Below are positions 46,499-58,181 of a stretch of 64,000 nucleotides of DNA, in pieces. Made by a program: the position numbers and the translations under genes. The stretch's first letter is position 1; each line of letters starts with the position of its first letter. The notes under the pieces are model-generated. The model was given only the letters and a program-made list of their open reading frames with translations. It was not told the origin of the DNA and did no database searches. The stretch is taken from assembly GCF_045290345.1 (NCBI RefSeq), contig NZ_CP155447.1:693078-757077 (forward strand), in the 5' to 3' direction. Source of the DNA: Singulisphaera sp. Ch08 (lineage in GTDB: Bacteria; Planctomycetota; Planctomycetia; Isosphaerales; Isosphaeraceae).

Positions 46499-47140
46499 TT
46501 ATTCAGGAAAAGGGGCCGGCTTGAAGATCGCATCCTGCGGGGCGACCACCTCCACAATCTGTTCGTCGATGACCCGGCTGACGACGACCGGATCGCCCGT
46601 GCGAAGCGAGGGGCCGGGTGTGCGAGCGAGAACCTCGATCGTTCGCCCTTGAATCGGCAGCGTGATCTTCCCCTCGCCGCCGCCATTGGCCGGGATCCGA
46701 AGGTAGACCGTCGCCCCCAGCCCGACCGATTGCGCGATCCGCACCGTGCCATCGGAATTGAGTTTACGAAGCAACCGCAGGGCATACCCCAGTAGCGAGA
46801 CGGTCACGACGCCGGTCGCCGTGCCGACGAGCACCGCCACGGTCGCGTTCGGCTTCGCCTCCAGCGCCGTGAGCCCGCCGATCCCAAAGAAGGCCAGGAA
46901 CGAGACGATCGCCTGAAAGGTGAAGATCCGCCCAAGTTCCAGGTGGTGGCCGTGGTCGTACCCACCCTCGATTGAGTCGGCAGAAGCGTCTTCGGGCAAA
47001 TCTGCGTCGAACTCGGCGTCCCCCAGGTCGCCGATGATGCCGCCGAGACCTTCGGACCCGAGCCCCACCAACGACAGAGCCAGGCGCAAGAGAAGAATGG
47101 TCCCGCCGATCGTCGCGCAGATCAGAAAGAACTGATACAT
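46499..47140 (-). CDS. NfeD-like (YuaF/YqiJ) membrane protein, flotillin partner.
   Basis: The translation starts MYQFFLICATIGGTILLLRLALSLVG (TM), followed by a C-terminal OB-fold-like region ...VYLRIPANGGGEGKITLPIQGRTIEVLARTPGPSLRTGDPVVVSRVIDEQIVEVV. It lies 33 bp upstream of the flotillin start, the classic nfeD-floT operon. A GGGAGGG lies 5 nt upstream of the ATG at 47138-47140. Confidence 0.75.
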   Translation of the reverse strand: MYQFFLICATIGGTILLLRLALSLVGLGSEGLGGIIGDLGDAEFDADLPEDASADSIEGGYDHGHHLELGRIFTFQAIVSFLAFFGIGGLTALEAKPNATVAVLVGTATGVVTVSLLGYALRLLRKLNSDGTVRIAQSVGLGATVYLRIPANGGGEGKITLPIQGRTIEVLARTPGPSLRTGDPVVVSRVIDEQIVEVVAPQDAIFKPAPFPE

Positions 47141-47548
47141 AATTCCCTCCCAAAGGGTCTGCGAACTCATCGGCCGCGGATCACCGACAGGATTCACACT
47201 CTCTCATCCTACACGACAGCCGGCCGGCTTCAACAAGTTGTTCCAGCGGCAACACTAACACAACAATTCACAACCAATAATTAATACGTTGTTCCATCAA
47301 TTCACAGAATCGGCTTGATCCTGCCACCATCCCGAGCTTTGGCAGGCTGGACTCGACCCGCCCTCAGTTCTATTCGCCGGCTTTCACCAAAAATTGGTGA
47401 GCCCTCCTGTTGCAGACGCGGTCGCCAACACCAGGGGATCAAGGCGAAACCGCCACTCAGGACCGTGGACCAAGAAGGGGAACGATTGACCAGCGCCCCC
47501 GAAGTGGCCACAATAACAAACCAACCGTCCTGTTTTGTGAGAGCGCCG

Positions 47549-48175
47549 ATGAAGGAAGTCACTCAACCGCGCGCGCTGGAAACCCGAGCGAAGATCCTCC
47601 AGGCGGCGGCCCGCCTGTTCGCCCTCAAAGGGTATCACGACTCGAAGTTGGAAGAGGTCCTGGCCTCCGCACAGGTGTCGAAGGGCGCGTTCTTCCACCA
47701 ATTCCGTGACCGGGAGGACCTGGGCTTCGCGGTCCTGGACTGGCACATGGAGCAACGCCGACAACTGCTCGATGCAATCGAACAAGAATTGCCGCTCGCC
47801 AAGCAGGCTGATCCGCTTCAGCGAGTCTTCCGGCGGCTGGACGCCATTCAGGAAATGGTCCGTCGCCGGGAAGGCTGCAAAGGGGGGTGCATCATCGGCA
47901 ACATGAGCACGGCCCTGAGCGATTGTCACGACGGATTTCGCAAACGTCTGGCCGAGTGCTTCGACGAGATGGCGAAGGAGTTCCTCCCCTACCTGGAGGC
48001 GAAGGCACGGCAGGGGCGCGCGGGGCGGCAGACGAATACCAGCGAGTTGGCCCGCTACATCGTCACGGTCATAGAAGGGGCGATCATGCAGGCTCGCACA
48101 CTCGGCGACGCGGAGCTGCTCCCTCGGCAATTGGCGTACCTGAAAGAGCACCTCAAGCAATGCCTGGGACCGTGA
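47549..48175 (+). CDS. TetR/AcrR-family transcriptional regulator.
   Basis: The translation starts MKEVTQPRALETRAKILQAAARLFALKGYHDSKLEEVLASAQVSKGAFFHQFRDREDLGFAVLDW (HTH). It is divergent from the nfeD-floT operon. Confidence 0.85.
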   Translation: MKEVTQPRALETRAKILQAAARLFALKGYHDSKLEEVLASAQVSKGAFFHQFRDREDLGFAVLDWHMEQRRQLLDAIEQELPLAKQADPLQRVFRRLDAIQEMVRRREGCKGGCIIGNMSTALSDCHDGFRKRLAECFDEMAKEFLPYLEAKARQGRAGRQTNTSELARYIVTVIEGAIMQARTLGDAELLPRQLAYLKEHLKQCLGP

Positions 48176-48864
48176 AACCTGGCGGTTTTTTTTCGGGTAT
48201 AAGCAGACAGACCGGTTGGTTTGTTTTTCCCGAGGAGCCTCACCGAAACGGTAGTCCCCTGGATTTCGCTCGCCTGAAAGGCGAGCGGGGAGCGTAAGCG
48301 CCCTGTCTTTGGGCCTTCGCATGAGCTGGCTCGTTTGACACCGTGGCAACGTCGCAGGGTTGACGGACCCGGGCGAAAAACCCGGTGACGTGACGACAGA
48401 GTCACTTCCACAGGAAGAAAAATGACCGACACGTCATCCATTGCATAAAGCGATGAGGAAGGCCCGCGGACGCGGAGTGCTTCCTCTGGTCCCACGGCGG
48501 CCACCAATCATTGTGTGATTGAACTCTGCCCACAAAGCACCAGTTCACTCCGACTTCAATCAAAGCATCAACATTACCGAGCATTTTACAATTCGTCTAT
48601 TCGTTATTGAAGTCATGGCGATGCTGCTTGCCAGTTCTGCGTCGGGACAGAACTCGAAGCAACCGGCGACTTCCGATGCCGTAAAGGCGGAGAACGAGAC
48701 AAGGTATCTGGCCTTCCCGAGCTTCAGCTACTACCGCCTCGATTCGGAAGTCGCCGCTCTTGTTGAGCAGCGGGTCGAAAGTTCCTGAAGGGCGACCCGC
48801 TGATCGAAGCGAAAACGGTGGCGTCCCTCGTCCATCACCCCCGATCGCAAAAGGAAAGAGAACC

Positions 48865-49527
48865 ATGCAAAAACGGAAAGTTGGTGTCGGTGCGTTGGTG
48901 CTCCTCGGCCTCGTGTGCGCACAGGCTTCCGCCCAGGACATCCCCGAGGAGGCGCGCAAGGAAATCGCGCGAAACCTGCACGGCCCCTTCACGGTGTTCC
49001 GCGACGCCGTGCAGGAGGAACTGAAGCTGACCGACGAGCAGAAGGAAAAGGTGGAGGAACACCTCCGGGAACGGCTTCCGGACATCATGGAGTTCTTCCA
49101 ATCGCTCGAGGGCCTGAACGGGCAGGAACGCGAGAAAAAGCACCAGGCCTTCCGGCAGAAGGAGCAAGAGAAACTGACCTCGGTGCTGAAGGCAACGCTC
49201 AAGGAAGACCAGAGCAAGCGTCTGCACCAACTGGTGTTGCAGCAGGAGGGGGCGTTGGCCTTGTTCCACGGTGGGCCGGAGATTGCGAGAGACCTGAAGA
49301 TCACGGACGAACAACGGAAGCAATTCATGGCGGTCGTCCAGGAACTGCATAAAAAGGTCGCACCCCTCATCAAAGAGGCCGAGTCGGGTGGTAATCCCGA
49401 GGAAATCCGGCCCAAAGTGATGAAGATCCGCAAGGAACAGGAGGGCAAAATCGAGGCCCTTCTCACGGACGCGCAGAAGAAGCAATGGAAAGAGATGCTC
49501 GGGAAGCCATTGGCTCTCGACGAGTGA
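48865..49527 (+). CDS. Periplasmic LTXXQ-motif protein (Spy/CpxP-like).
   Basis: It has a signal peptide MQKRKVGVGALVLLGLVCAQASAQ and repeated LTDEQKEKV, ITDEQRKQF and LTDAQKKQW motifs. It is very K/E-rich. The minus-strand ORFs 48597..49706 and 48835..49809 are shadows. Confidence 0.55.
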   Translation: MQKRKVGVGALVLLGLVCAQASAQDIPEEARKEIARNLHGPFTVFRDAVQEELKLTDEQKEKVEEHLRERLPDIMEFFQSLEGLNGQEREKKHQAFRQKEQEKLTSVLKATLKEDQSKRLHQLVLQQEGALALFHGGPEIARDLKITDEQRKQFMAVVQELHKKVAPLIKEAESGGNPEEIRPKVMKIRKEQEGKIEALLTDAQKKQWKEMLGKPLALDE

Positions 49528-49603
49528 CAAGGCCACCGCCGGGGCGCCTGCCGAACGCGCCCCGGCTTTCCGCTCGCTGTCTCCCACAGAGTTTCCTGCC
49601 ACG

Positions 49604-51067
<1,464 letters not shown>

Positions 51068-51124
51068 CATCCTGACGACGCGGCGAGCGACACGCGAGAC
51101 ATTCCGAGGTGAAGGAGGAATCCC

Positions 51125-53956
51125 GTGCGAAGATCGTACCGGAGCCATGCGAGTTGGCTCCTGCTGACGCTGTGGTTGGTTGCCGGTACGTCTCCCGTGC
51201 TCCGCGCGGCTCCGCCTGCTGGTAGTGACGCCAAGGGCGTCGAGTTCTTTGAAACTCAGATTCGCCCGCTCTTGGCAAACCAGTGTTATCAGTGCCATAG
51301 CCAAGAAAGCAAGAAGGCCAGGGGGGGGCTGCTGCTCGACAGCCAGGAGGGGCTACTCAAAGGAGGCGATTCTGGCCCATTTTTTGTGGCCGGCGACCCC
51401 GAGAAAAGCCTGCTGATTAAGGCCGTGCGCTACAAGGAGGAAGACCTGCGCATGCCGCCTGACGGCAAAAGGCTGACCGAGACGCAGGTCGCCGATCTCG
51501 AAGCGTGGGTGAGAATGGGAGCGCCGCTGCCGCGAGCGGGCGTTCAGGAGGATAAGATCAGGGCGAGTGCGCGCACGCACTGGGCCTTCCAACCGGTGAA
51601 GCGACCCGCACTTCCAACGGTCAAGAATCAACGCTGGGGGCAATCAGCGGTTGATGCGTTCATTCTCGCAAAACTCGAACCCGCTGGAATGCAGCCGGCG
51701 CGACCAGCGAACAAACGAACCTTGATCCGGCGGGCGACTTATGACCTGATCGGGTTGCCGCCGACACCGGAGGAAGTCGCGGCCTTCGTGGCGGACACGT
51801 CCCCCAACGCGTTCGCAACAGTCGTGGATCGTTTGCTCGCCTCGCCCCATTACGGCGAACGCTGGGGCCGTCACTGGCTGGATGTGGCCCGATACGCCAC
51901 GACCGACAGTCCCTACGCCTTCACATATCGCGATTACGTGATTCGCGCGTTCAACGACGATCTGCCTTACGATGAATTCCTTCTCCAACAATTTGCGGCG
52001 GATCAACTGGGCCTCGGCGAGAACAAACGAGCGCTGGCCGGTCTTGGGTTCCTGACCCTAGGCCGGCAGTTCGAGAACTTCCACGATACGATCGACGACC
52101 GGATCGACGTCGTCACGCGCGGCACGATGGCGCTGTCGGTCAGTTGCGCGCGGTGCCACGATCACAAGTACGATCCGATCCCCACCCGCGATTATTACGC
52201 CCTCCACGGCGTCTTCGCCAGTTCCGTCGCGCCGGACGAACTGCCCCTCCTCGGCATCGCACTCGATCCGAAAGCGTACGCGGAGTATGTGCCAAAACGC
52301 GAGTCACTCCAGGCGAAGCTGGATAACTTCATCCGCAAGCAGGAGGCGGAAGTCCTCAAGCAGCACCGCCGGCAAACAGCCAAGTGCCTGCTCTTAAGCC
52401 GGGAACCGGCCAAATTGGCCGAACTGATCAAGGAAAACTTTGGGTTGAGCGACCGGAAGATCCTCCAGGCCGGGGCCACGCGTTGGCTGAGGGCATTGGA
52501 AAAAATGAACCGGGAGTCCGATCCGATCTTCGCTCCGTGGTTCGCCTTTGCGGCACTGCCGAGTTCGGAATTCGCCGACCGGGCCAAAACACTGTCGGCC
52601 AACATCGCGGCCAACTCTTTCGTCCATCCCGTGAACTCTCTGGTGGCCCAGGCTTTTGCAGGCGAACCACCGACCTCTTTGAAGGATGTGGCGGAGCGCT
52701 ACGACAAGCTGTTCGAGGACGCGGACAAGCGATGGCAAGAGACACAGAGCGAGGCCGATCGGGAGACCAACTCAGCCTCCCCCCAGACACTGCCTGACGC
52801 CGAGCAGGAAGCGCTGCGCCAGGTCTTTTACGGCAAGGACAGCCCCGGCAACTTGCCAACCGAGTTGATGCGGCAGTTATTTAGCACGACGGCGCTCATG
52901 CAGTTGGGACCACTCCAGGCAGAAATCAATCGACTTGAGGCCAATCATCCGGGCGCTCCCCTGCGAGCCATGGCGCTCGTGGACAGTCCGCGACCGGCGA
53001 ACAGCAGGGTGTTCATCCGTGGGAACCCGGACCGGCTGGGCGAGGAGGCTCCCCGCATGTTTCTGGCAATTCTGTCGGGAGACGTACGGGAGCCGTTCAG
53101 CCGCGGCAGCGGCCGACTGGAACTGGCCCGAGCCATCGCCAGCCGAGAGAATCCCCTCACGGCCCGCGTCATGGTGAACCGCCTCTGGCTCCATCATTTT
53201 GGTGCCGGTCTGGTGGCGACTCCCGACGACTTTGGGTTACGCTCCGATCCACCGAGCCATCCCGAACTGCTGGACTACCTTGCCTGGCGGTTCATCGAGG
53301 ATGGTTGGTCGCTCAAGAAACTACACCGTGTGCTGATGCTGTCAAGCGTTTACCAGCAACAGAGCGATAACAACCTGCGCTACGAGACGTTGGACCCAGA
53401 TAACCGGCTGCTTTCGAGAATGAACCGCCGGCGACTCGACTTCGAATCGATCAGGGACACGCTCCTGTTGGTTGCGGGCAATCTGGACCATTCCCAGGGG
53501 GGACGTCCGGTTGATCTGCTCAAGCAGCGGGAAGGCCGCTTCACCAATCGCCGCACGGTGTATGGAACCATTGATCGCAATGACTTGCTTGCGCTCTACC
53601 GGGTCTTCGATTTTGCCAACCCGGATCTGTCCACGGCCCAGCGTGACGCCACCACCGTGCCGCAACAATCGCTCTTTTTTCTGAACAGCCCCTTTGTCAT
53701 GGAACAAGCGTGCAGGATGGTGGACCGGCCCTCCTTCCAACGGCTCAACGACAAAGCAGAGCGGGTTCGCGACCTCTATCAACGTGTCTATCAACGCGAT
53801 CCCTCCGCGGAAGAAATCCAAAGGGGGCTGCGTTTCCTCCAAGGCACGTCGGCTTCAACGGGCACCGAGGAGACGCCCCAGAAGCAGCCGCTGACTCCCC
53901 AGGAACGCTATGCCCAGGTCTTGCTGATGACGAACGAGCTAATGTTTGTTGACTGA
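51125..53956 (+). CDS. PSCyt1-PSCyt2-DUF1549/DUF1553 protein (Planctomycete cytochrome-C plus PSD). It is the partner of the upstream DUF1501.
   Basis: It has a signal peptide, CYQCHSQESKKARGGLLLDS (PSCyt1), DUF1549-like ...DAFILAKLEPAGMQPARPANKRTLIRRATYDLIGLPPTPEEVAAF..., CARCHDHKYDPIPTRDYYALHGVFASS (PSCyt2), and a DUF1553-like C-terminus. It uses a GTG start. Confidence 0.85.
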   Translation: MRRSYRSHASWLLLTLWLVAGTSPVLRAAPPAGSDAKGVEFFETQIRPLLANQCYQCHSQESKKARGGLLLDSQEGLLKGGDSGPFFVAGDPEKSLLIKAVRYKEEDLRMPPDGKRLTETQVADLEAWVRMGAPLPRAGVQEDKIRASARTHWAFQPVKRPALPTVKNQRWGQSAVDAFILAKLEPAGMQPARPANKRTLIRRATYDLIGLPPTPEEVAAFVADTSPNAFATVVDRLLASPHYGERWGRHWLDVARYATTDSPYAFTYRDYVIRAFNDDLPYDEFLLQQFAADQLGLGENKRALAGLGFLTLGRQFENFHDTIDDRIDVVTRGTMALSVSCARCHDHKYDPIPTRDYYALHGVFASSVAPDELPLLGIALDPKAYAEYVPKRESLQAKLDNFIRKQEAEVLKQHRRQTAKCLLLSREPAKLAELIKENFGLSDRKILQAGATRWLRALEKMNRESDPIFAPWFAFAALPSSEFADRAKTLSANIAANSFVHPVNSLVAQAFAGEPPTSLKDVAERYDKLFEDADKRWQETQSEADRETNSASPQTLPDAEQEALRQVFYGKDSPGNLPTELMRQLFSTTALMQLGPLQAEINRLEANHPGAPLRAMALVDSPRPANSRVFIRGNPDRLGEEAPRMFLAILSGDVREPFSRGSGRLELARAIASRENPLTARVMVNRLWLHHFGAGLVATPDDFGLRSDPPSHPELLDYLAWRFIEDGWSLKKLHRVLMLSSVYQQQSDNNLRYETLDPDNRLLSRMNRRRLDFESIRDTLLLVAGNLDHSQGGRPVDLLKQREGRFTNRRTVYGTIDRNDLLALYRVFDFANPDLSTAQRDATTVPQQSLFFLNSPFVMEQACRMVDRPSFQRLNDKAERVRDLYQRVYQRDPSAEEIQRGLRFLQGTSASTGTEETPQKQPLTPQERYAQVLLMTNELMFVD

Positions 53957-54006
53957 AGTCTCTTTGAATGAATAGGTGTTATGCATCAGCAGTCGAAGGG
54001 CGTGGA

Positions 54007-54789
54007 ATGATGGCCGTTTGCATCCAGGAAATGGCTCGGCATATGCTGGCGGATTACGACGCCAGGACACCGGGCCGGGGCGTTGACAAACCGCTCGACA
54101 TGACGACCGTCCAGGCATACGCTCTTCAGGCGGAGATCGCCCGGCTGCGTGAGCAACGCGGGGAAAGAGTCATCGGCTACAAGGTCGGCTGCACGAGCAG
54201 AGCAATCCAGCTGCAGTTGGGCGTCGAGGAGCCGATCTTCGGCAGGCTTTTCGCCACGGGATGTCATTCGAATGGCGTGCATCTCTCGTCCACGCGCTAT
54301 GCCAACCTGGCCGTGGAGGGGGAGCTGGCGGTGCGGCTATCCAAGGACTTGCCCAGACAGGCCCCGTCAGCGGAGGAGTGTCGAGAGGCTATCGCCGATC
54401 TGTTTCCGGTGATCGAGTTGCACCACTTTGTCCTTCCCGCCACCTGGGCTCCCGGTCATTGGTTGATCGCGAGCGGCGGCATGCACGCGGGATTCGTGCT
54501 AGCAGAAACGGAGACAAGCCACCCGAGGTTGCAGCCCTTTGCGAGCAGCCTTCGCGTCCGAATCAACGAGGTGGTCGTCGGGTCAGTGGACGATGCCGCG
54601 TGGTCTCACTGCCCGATCGAATCGCTGCGTTGGCTGGCCGGCCGGCTCGCGCAGTTCGGACTACAGCTTTGCAAGGGCCAGGTGATCCTGACCGGTTCGC
54701 CCATGAGATTGTTTCCGGTTGCCCCTGGCAGCCGCATCGTCGTCGAAACGCCGCCCTTGGGAGCGAGTTGCGTCAAGATCGATCCCTAG
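54007..54789 (+). CDS. 2-keto-4-pentenoate hydratase / 2-oxohepta-3-ene-1,7-dioate hydratase family protein (MhpD/HpcG-like).
   Basis: The translation reads ...DMTTVQAYALQAEIARLREQRGERVIGYKVGCTSRAIQLQLGVEEPIFGRLF..., the family signature region. An alternative start lies at 53968. Confidence 0.6.
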   Translation: MMAVCIQEMARHMLADYDARTPGRGVDKPLDMTTVQAYALQAEIARLREQRGERVIGYKVGCTSRAIQLQLGVEEPIFGRLFATGCHSNGVHLSSTRYANLAVEGELAVRLSKDLPRQAPSAEECREAIADLFPVIELHHFVLPATWAPGHWLIASGGMHAGFVLAETETSHPRLQPFASSLRVRINEVVVGSVDDAAWSHCPIESLRWLAGRLAQFGLQLCKGQVILTGSPMRLFPVAPGSRIVVETPPLGASCVKIDP

Positions 54790-54815
54790 TTCCACAAACG
54801 ACCGGAGTCCAGGAA

Positions 54816-55169
54816 ATGGGGTACGACGGCACATTGGTGTTGGATTTCCTAGCGAAGACGCACCAGACGTCACTGCTGACCGATCGGGAGAAGCACCTCG
54901 TGGGACTGGCCGTGACCATGACTCGCGGCTGCCAGGTCTGTACTCGGAGCCGAATCGAGAAAGCACGGGAGGCCGGCATCGGGGACGACCTGCTGAATGC
55001 CTTGGTTGCGATCGTGTCCGCCGTCAACGCCGGGGTCGCCGCGGCCACGGCGCGGGAGGGCTTCCGCATCGCCGACGCAGCTTCGGCCGAGGAATGTGGT
55101 CCCCTCTGTTCGGCTGAGCAACCGCCGGCCGCCGAGAGGGAGACCACAGCACGGAGGGGAGAGGGATGA
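54816..55169 (+). CDS. Carboxymuconolactone decarboxylase (AhpD-like) family protein.
   Basis: The translation reads MGYDGTLVLDFLAKTHQTSLLTDREKHLVGLAVTMTRGCQVCTRSRIEKAREAGIGDDLL, the CMD core with its Cys motif. The minus-strand ORF 54773..55714 is a shadow. Confidence 0.6.
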   Translation: MGYDGTLVLDFLAKTHQTSLLTDREKHLVGLAVTMTRGCQVCTRSRIEKAREAGIGDDLLNALVAIVSAVNAGVAAATAREGFRIADAASAEECGPLCSAEQPPAAERETTARRGEG

Positions 55170-55269
55170 AGACTACCCCGAGCTTTGGCAGGCGGAACTC
55201 GACCAAACCTCATACGTCTGCGGTCCCAAGGTGGAGCAATCCACGCATAAACCGCTGTAAAGTCTGCGC

Positions 55270-58092
55270 TCAGTCGCCGATTTCCTTCCGCAGCTCCTTG
55301 GCCTCGGGGTGGTCGGGGTCGTCCTTGAGCAAGGTGTCGAGGGTTGCCTTGGCCGCATTGCGGTTGCCGAGGCCGAGTTGGGCCTTGGCGAGCCGGACTT
55401 TCAGGTCGTTGGGTCGCTTGGCTTTCAGGTCGATCGCGGTCTGGTATTCCTCGATGGCCGGGGCGAACTTCTTCTGAGCGGCCAGGGCATCGGCCAGGAA
55501 GGTGTGACAGGCGGGGTCGTAGACGTTGACGTAGAGGCACTCCATCGCCCATTTCTCGGCCTGGTCGGGCTGCTTGGCGGCCAGGTGTCGCTCGGCCAGC
55601 GCCTTGCGGACGTCGAGGTCGTCGGCGTCGTTGTCGGCGATCATGGCCAGGTCGGTCAGGAACTTGGCGTCGTTCTTCTGCCGCAGGTGAACCCGGGCCA
55701 GGCCGGCGATCCACTTGGTGTGGACCGGGTCGTCACGGCGGGCGATCTCGTAGAGTCGCTCAGCCTCGTCGAGCTTCCCTGCCTTCATTTGGAGCTCGGC
55801 CAGGAGGTCGATCACCCGCTCGTTGGGCTTGTCCGGGTCGAGGGCCGGCTCGAGAACCGCCAGCGCCGCGTCTTCGTCACCGATCGTGACGAGCAGGCGC
55901 GCCTTGACGTAGCTGGCCAGGGGTTGGTGGGGCACGGCTTTGAGCGCTTTTTCGGCGAACGGGCGGGCCTCTTTGAGGTCGCGTCGGGCAAAGTGCTCGT
56001 AGGCCATCCGAGCGTTCAGGTCGGCGTCGTCCGGCTTGTCCTTGAGCATCCGCTCAAGCTGTGAGAACTTGATCGGCTTCTCGTCGTTGACCCGGGTCCG
56101 GATCGTCTTGACCACCTCGTCGAGCGAGGTCAGGTACTCGGCCTCGAAGTCGGCCTTCTCGACATTGAAGCAGGCGGCGATCGCCCGGTCGGTCGTCAGG
56201 CCGCGGCGGTAGGCGCCGAGCATTTTGATCAAGGCGTCGGAGCCAAATCGCTTGAGCATGTATTGCGCGTAGAGTTGAGCCTGGCAATACGCCATCTGGC
56301 GGTCGTCGGGTTCCTTGGGGCGGATGAAGCCAAGGTTGATCGTGTCGAGGTTGAGGAGCTTCGATCGGCTCGGCACCCGCTCCAGGAGGAGTTTGTTCCA
56401 CTCCTGAGGGCGAGGGAACCCTTCGCTCTCGACGGCCAGGGCCTCGGTGTACCAGTGCGGAATGTTGAAGTCGGTCTGCTGCAAGGTGATGACGTGAACG
56501 AGTTCGTGTTTGAGCACTCGAGCCCAGTTGAATGGCTTGCCGGTGGCGCGAGGGCTGGCCAGGGCGACCACCTTGCCCGTGCAGGCGCCGACGGTCGGGA
56601 TGAACGGCAGGCCGATCGTCCGGCCGCTGAACCACGTGTGATCCTTCAAGATCTCGATCTGGGTCAGCTCGGGCGGGGAATAGCCGAATCGGGTGGTCAG
56701 CTCGCCGTGGATCGACTCGAGGTAGCGCCCCATGTACTTGCCCAGGAGCTCGTCCTGCTTGGGGTCGACCAGGACGCTGTAATGCTCGGTGAGGATCGGC
56801 TTATACGAGGCCATGTGCTTGAGCACGAGCATCTGGTTATTGGCGCGGACGTTGAACGGGTCCGCGGCGAAGGCGGCCTGAAAGAGGTCGCGAGCCTCGC
56901 TCTCACGGCCGATCTGCATATAGAGCATTCCGAGACCGATCGGAGCCTCAGCACGCCTGGGGTCGGCGGCCGCGGCGAGCAGGAAGGCGCGTTCGGCCGA
57001 GTGGTACTTGCGACGGTCAGCCAAGCGCTCGCCGAGGGCGGCGTAGAAGGTGGCCGGTCTGGGGTTATCGGCCAGGGCGATCGCCTCGACGACCGCAGCG
57101 CCGACCGGATCGACCAGCAAGCGGGACGAGGCGGCGAGTCGGGCCAGGGCGTCCTGATCGTGTCGGTTCTCGGCGACCGCCTTCTGAGCGGCGGCCAGGG
57201 CGTCGGAAAAGCGCTCGTCGGAAATGTTCAGGTCGGCCAGCAAGATGTGTGCAGGGGCATACCGCGGGTTGATCGCCAGGGCCCTTTCGACCTTGGCTCG
57301 ACCGGCGGCCAGCTTGTATCCTTGGAGATCGGCGTTGCCGAGTGTGACCAGGATTTCGGCGGCCAGCGGATTGATCTCCAAGGCCCGGGCGAGTTCCTTC
57401 GCCGCCGCGGCCTCGTTGTAGCCGGAGAGGAACAAGCGACCCTCGAGCCAGGGGGCCTGCCAGCAGCGGGGGTCGGCACTGAGCGCGGCTTCGTAGATCT
57501 GGTTGATCACATCGTTGAGCGACTCGCTCAGCTCGTCCCCGCGCGCCATAGCCCGAAAATAACGCTCGGAGGCCTGGCCGACGATCAGGAGCGCCTCGGC
57601 GTCCTTGACGATGTCGGCCTGGCGTTCGTTGTACCGGTCGACGAACCACTTCCAGGCGTCAACCGCTCGATCAAGTTCGCCCCGGGCCTCCAGGAGGCGG
57701 GCTTCGACCCAACGCGCGGCGATGTGGTTGGGATCGGCCTTGAGCGCTTGTTGCGCTGCCGCAACGGCCGCTTCCCAGTCGCCGCGCCCGAAGTGCAAGT
57801 CGGCCACCCGGGCGGCGAGATCGGCGTTTTGGGGCTGTTGCGCGGCAAGGTCGGTCAAGACAGCGACGGCCTTCTCAACCTCTCCCTGGCTGGCCAGACA
57901 GTCGGCCTGGCCGAGCACGGCCTTGGCGCGAGCGGGCGCGGGGAGGTCGGCCTCCTTGAGAATCGCCTCGTACGCCTCCTGAGCCTCGGCGTAGTGGCCA
58001 GTCTGCAAAAGCCGGCGGGCCTCATCGAGCCCGTCGGCTCCGGCCACCATCGTCACGAGCAAAGTCAGTAGAATTTCGCCGAGCATACCCAC
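55270..58092 (-). CDS. TPR-repeat protein with an embedded gluzincin-type HExxH metallopeptidase-like domain.
   Basis: Numerous TPR-like AxxA repeats flank the zinc motif WARVLKHELVHVITLQQTDFNIPHWYTEALAVESEG (HExxH plus a downstream E). The plus-strand ORF 56263..58071 is a shadow. Confidence 0.6.
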   Translation of the reverse strand: MGMLGEILLTLLVTMVAGADGLDEARRLLQTGHYAEAQEAYEAILKEADLPAPARAKAVLGQADCLASQGEVEKAVAVLTDLAAQQPQNADLAARVADLHFGRGDWEAAVAAAQQALKADPNHIAARWVEARLLEARGELDRAVDAWKWFVDRYNERQADIVKDAEALLIVGQASERYFRAMARGDELSESLNDVINQIYEAALSADPRCWQAPWLEGRLFLSGYNEAAAAKELARALEINPLAAEILVTLGNADLQGYKLAAGRAKVERALAINPRYAPAHILLADLNISDERFSDALAAAQKAVAENRHDQDALARLAASSRLLVDPVGAAVVEAIALADNPRPATFYAALGERLADRRKYHSAERAFLLAAAADPRRAEAPIGLGMLYMQIGRESEARDLFQAAFAADPFNVRANNQMLVLKHMASYKPILTEHYSVLVDPKQDELLGKYMGRYLESIHGELTTRFGYSPPELTQIEILKDHTWFSGRTIGLPFIPTVGACTGKVVALASPRATGKPFNWARVLKHELVHVITLQQTDFNIPHWYTEALAVESEGFPRPQEWNKLLLERVPSRSKLLNLDTINLGFIRPKEPDDRQMAYCQAQLYAQYMLKRFGSDALIKMLGAYRRGLTTDRAIAACFNVEKADFEAEYLTSLDEVVKTIRTRVNDEKPIKFSQLERMLKDKPDDADLNARMAYEHFARRDLKEARPFAEKALKAVPHQPLASYVKARLLVTIGDEDAALAVLEPALDPDKPNERVIDLLAELQMKAGKLDEAERLYEIARRDDPVHTKWIAGLARVHLRQKNDAKFLTDLAMIADNDADDLDVRKALAERHLAAKQPDQAEKWAMECLYVNVYDPACHTFLADALAAQKKFAPAIEEYQTAIDLKAKRPNDLKVRLAKAQLGLGNRNAAKATLDTLLKDDPDHPEAKELRKEIGD

Positions 58093-58181
58093 CTCCTGTT
58101 CCTTTCCACGCTAACATAGGGGACGGAGGAAATGAACCACCGAATCGCATGCGGCGACACGGATCAAGGCGAGGTCGAACC

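Noticed and set aside
48519-48788. An 89-aa ORF in the TetR to LTXXQ intergenic region.
   Set aside because: It has no RBS and no recognisable motif. It starts in an AT-rich patch and partly overlaps the likely promoter of 48865..49527. It is kept only as a low-probability small protein.
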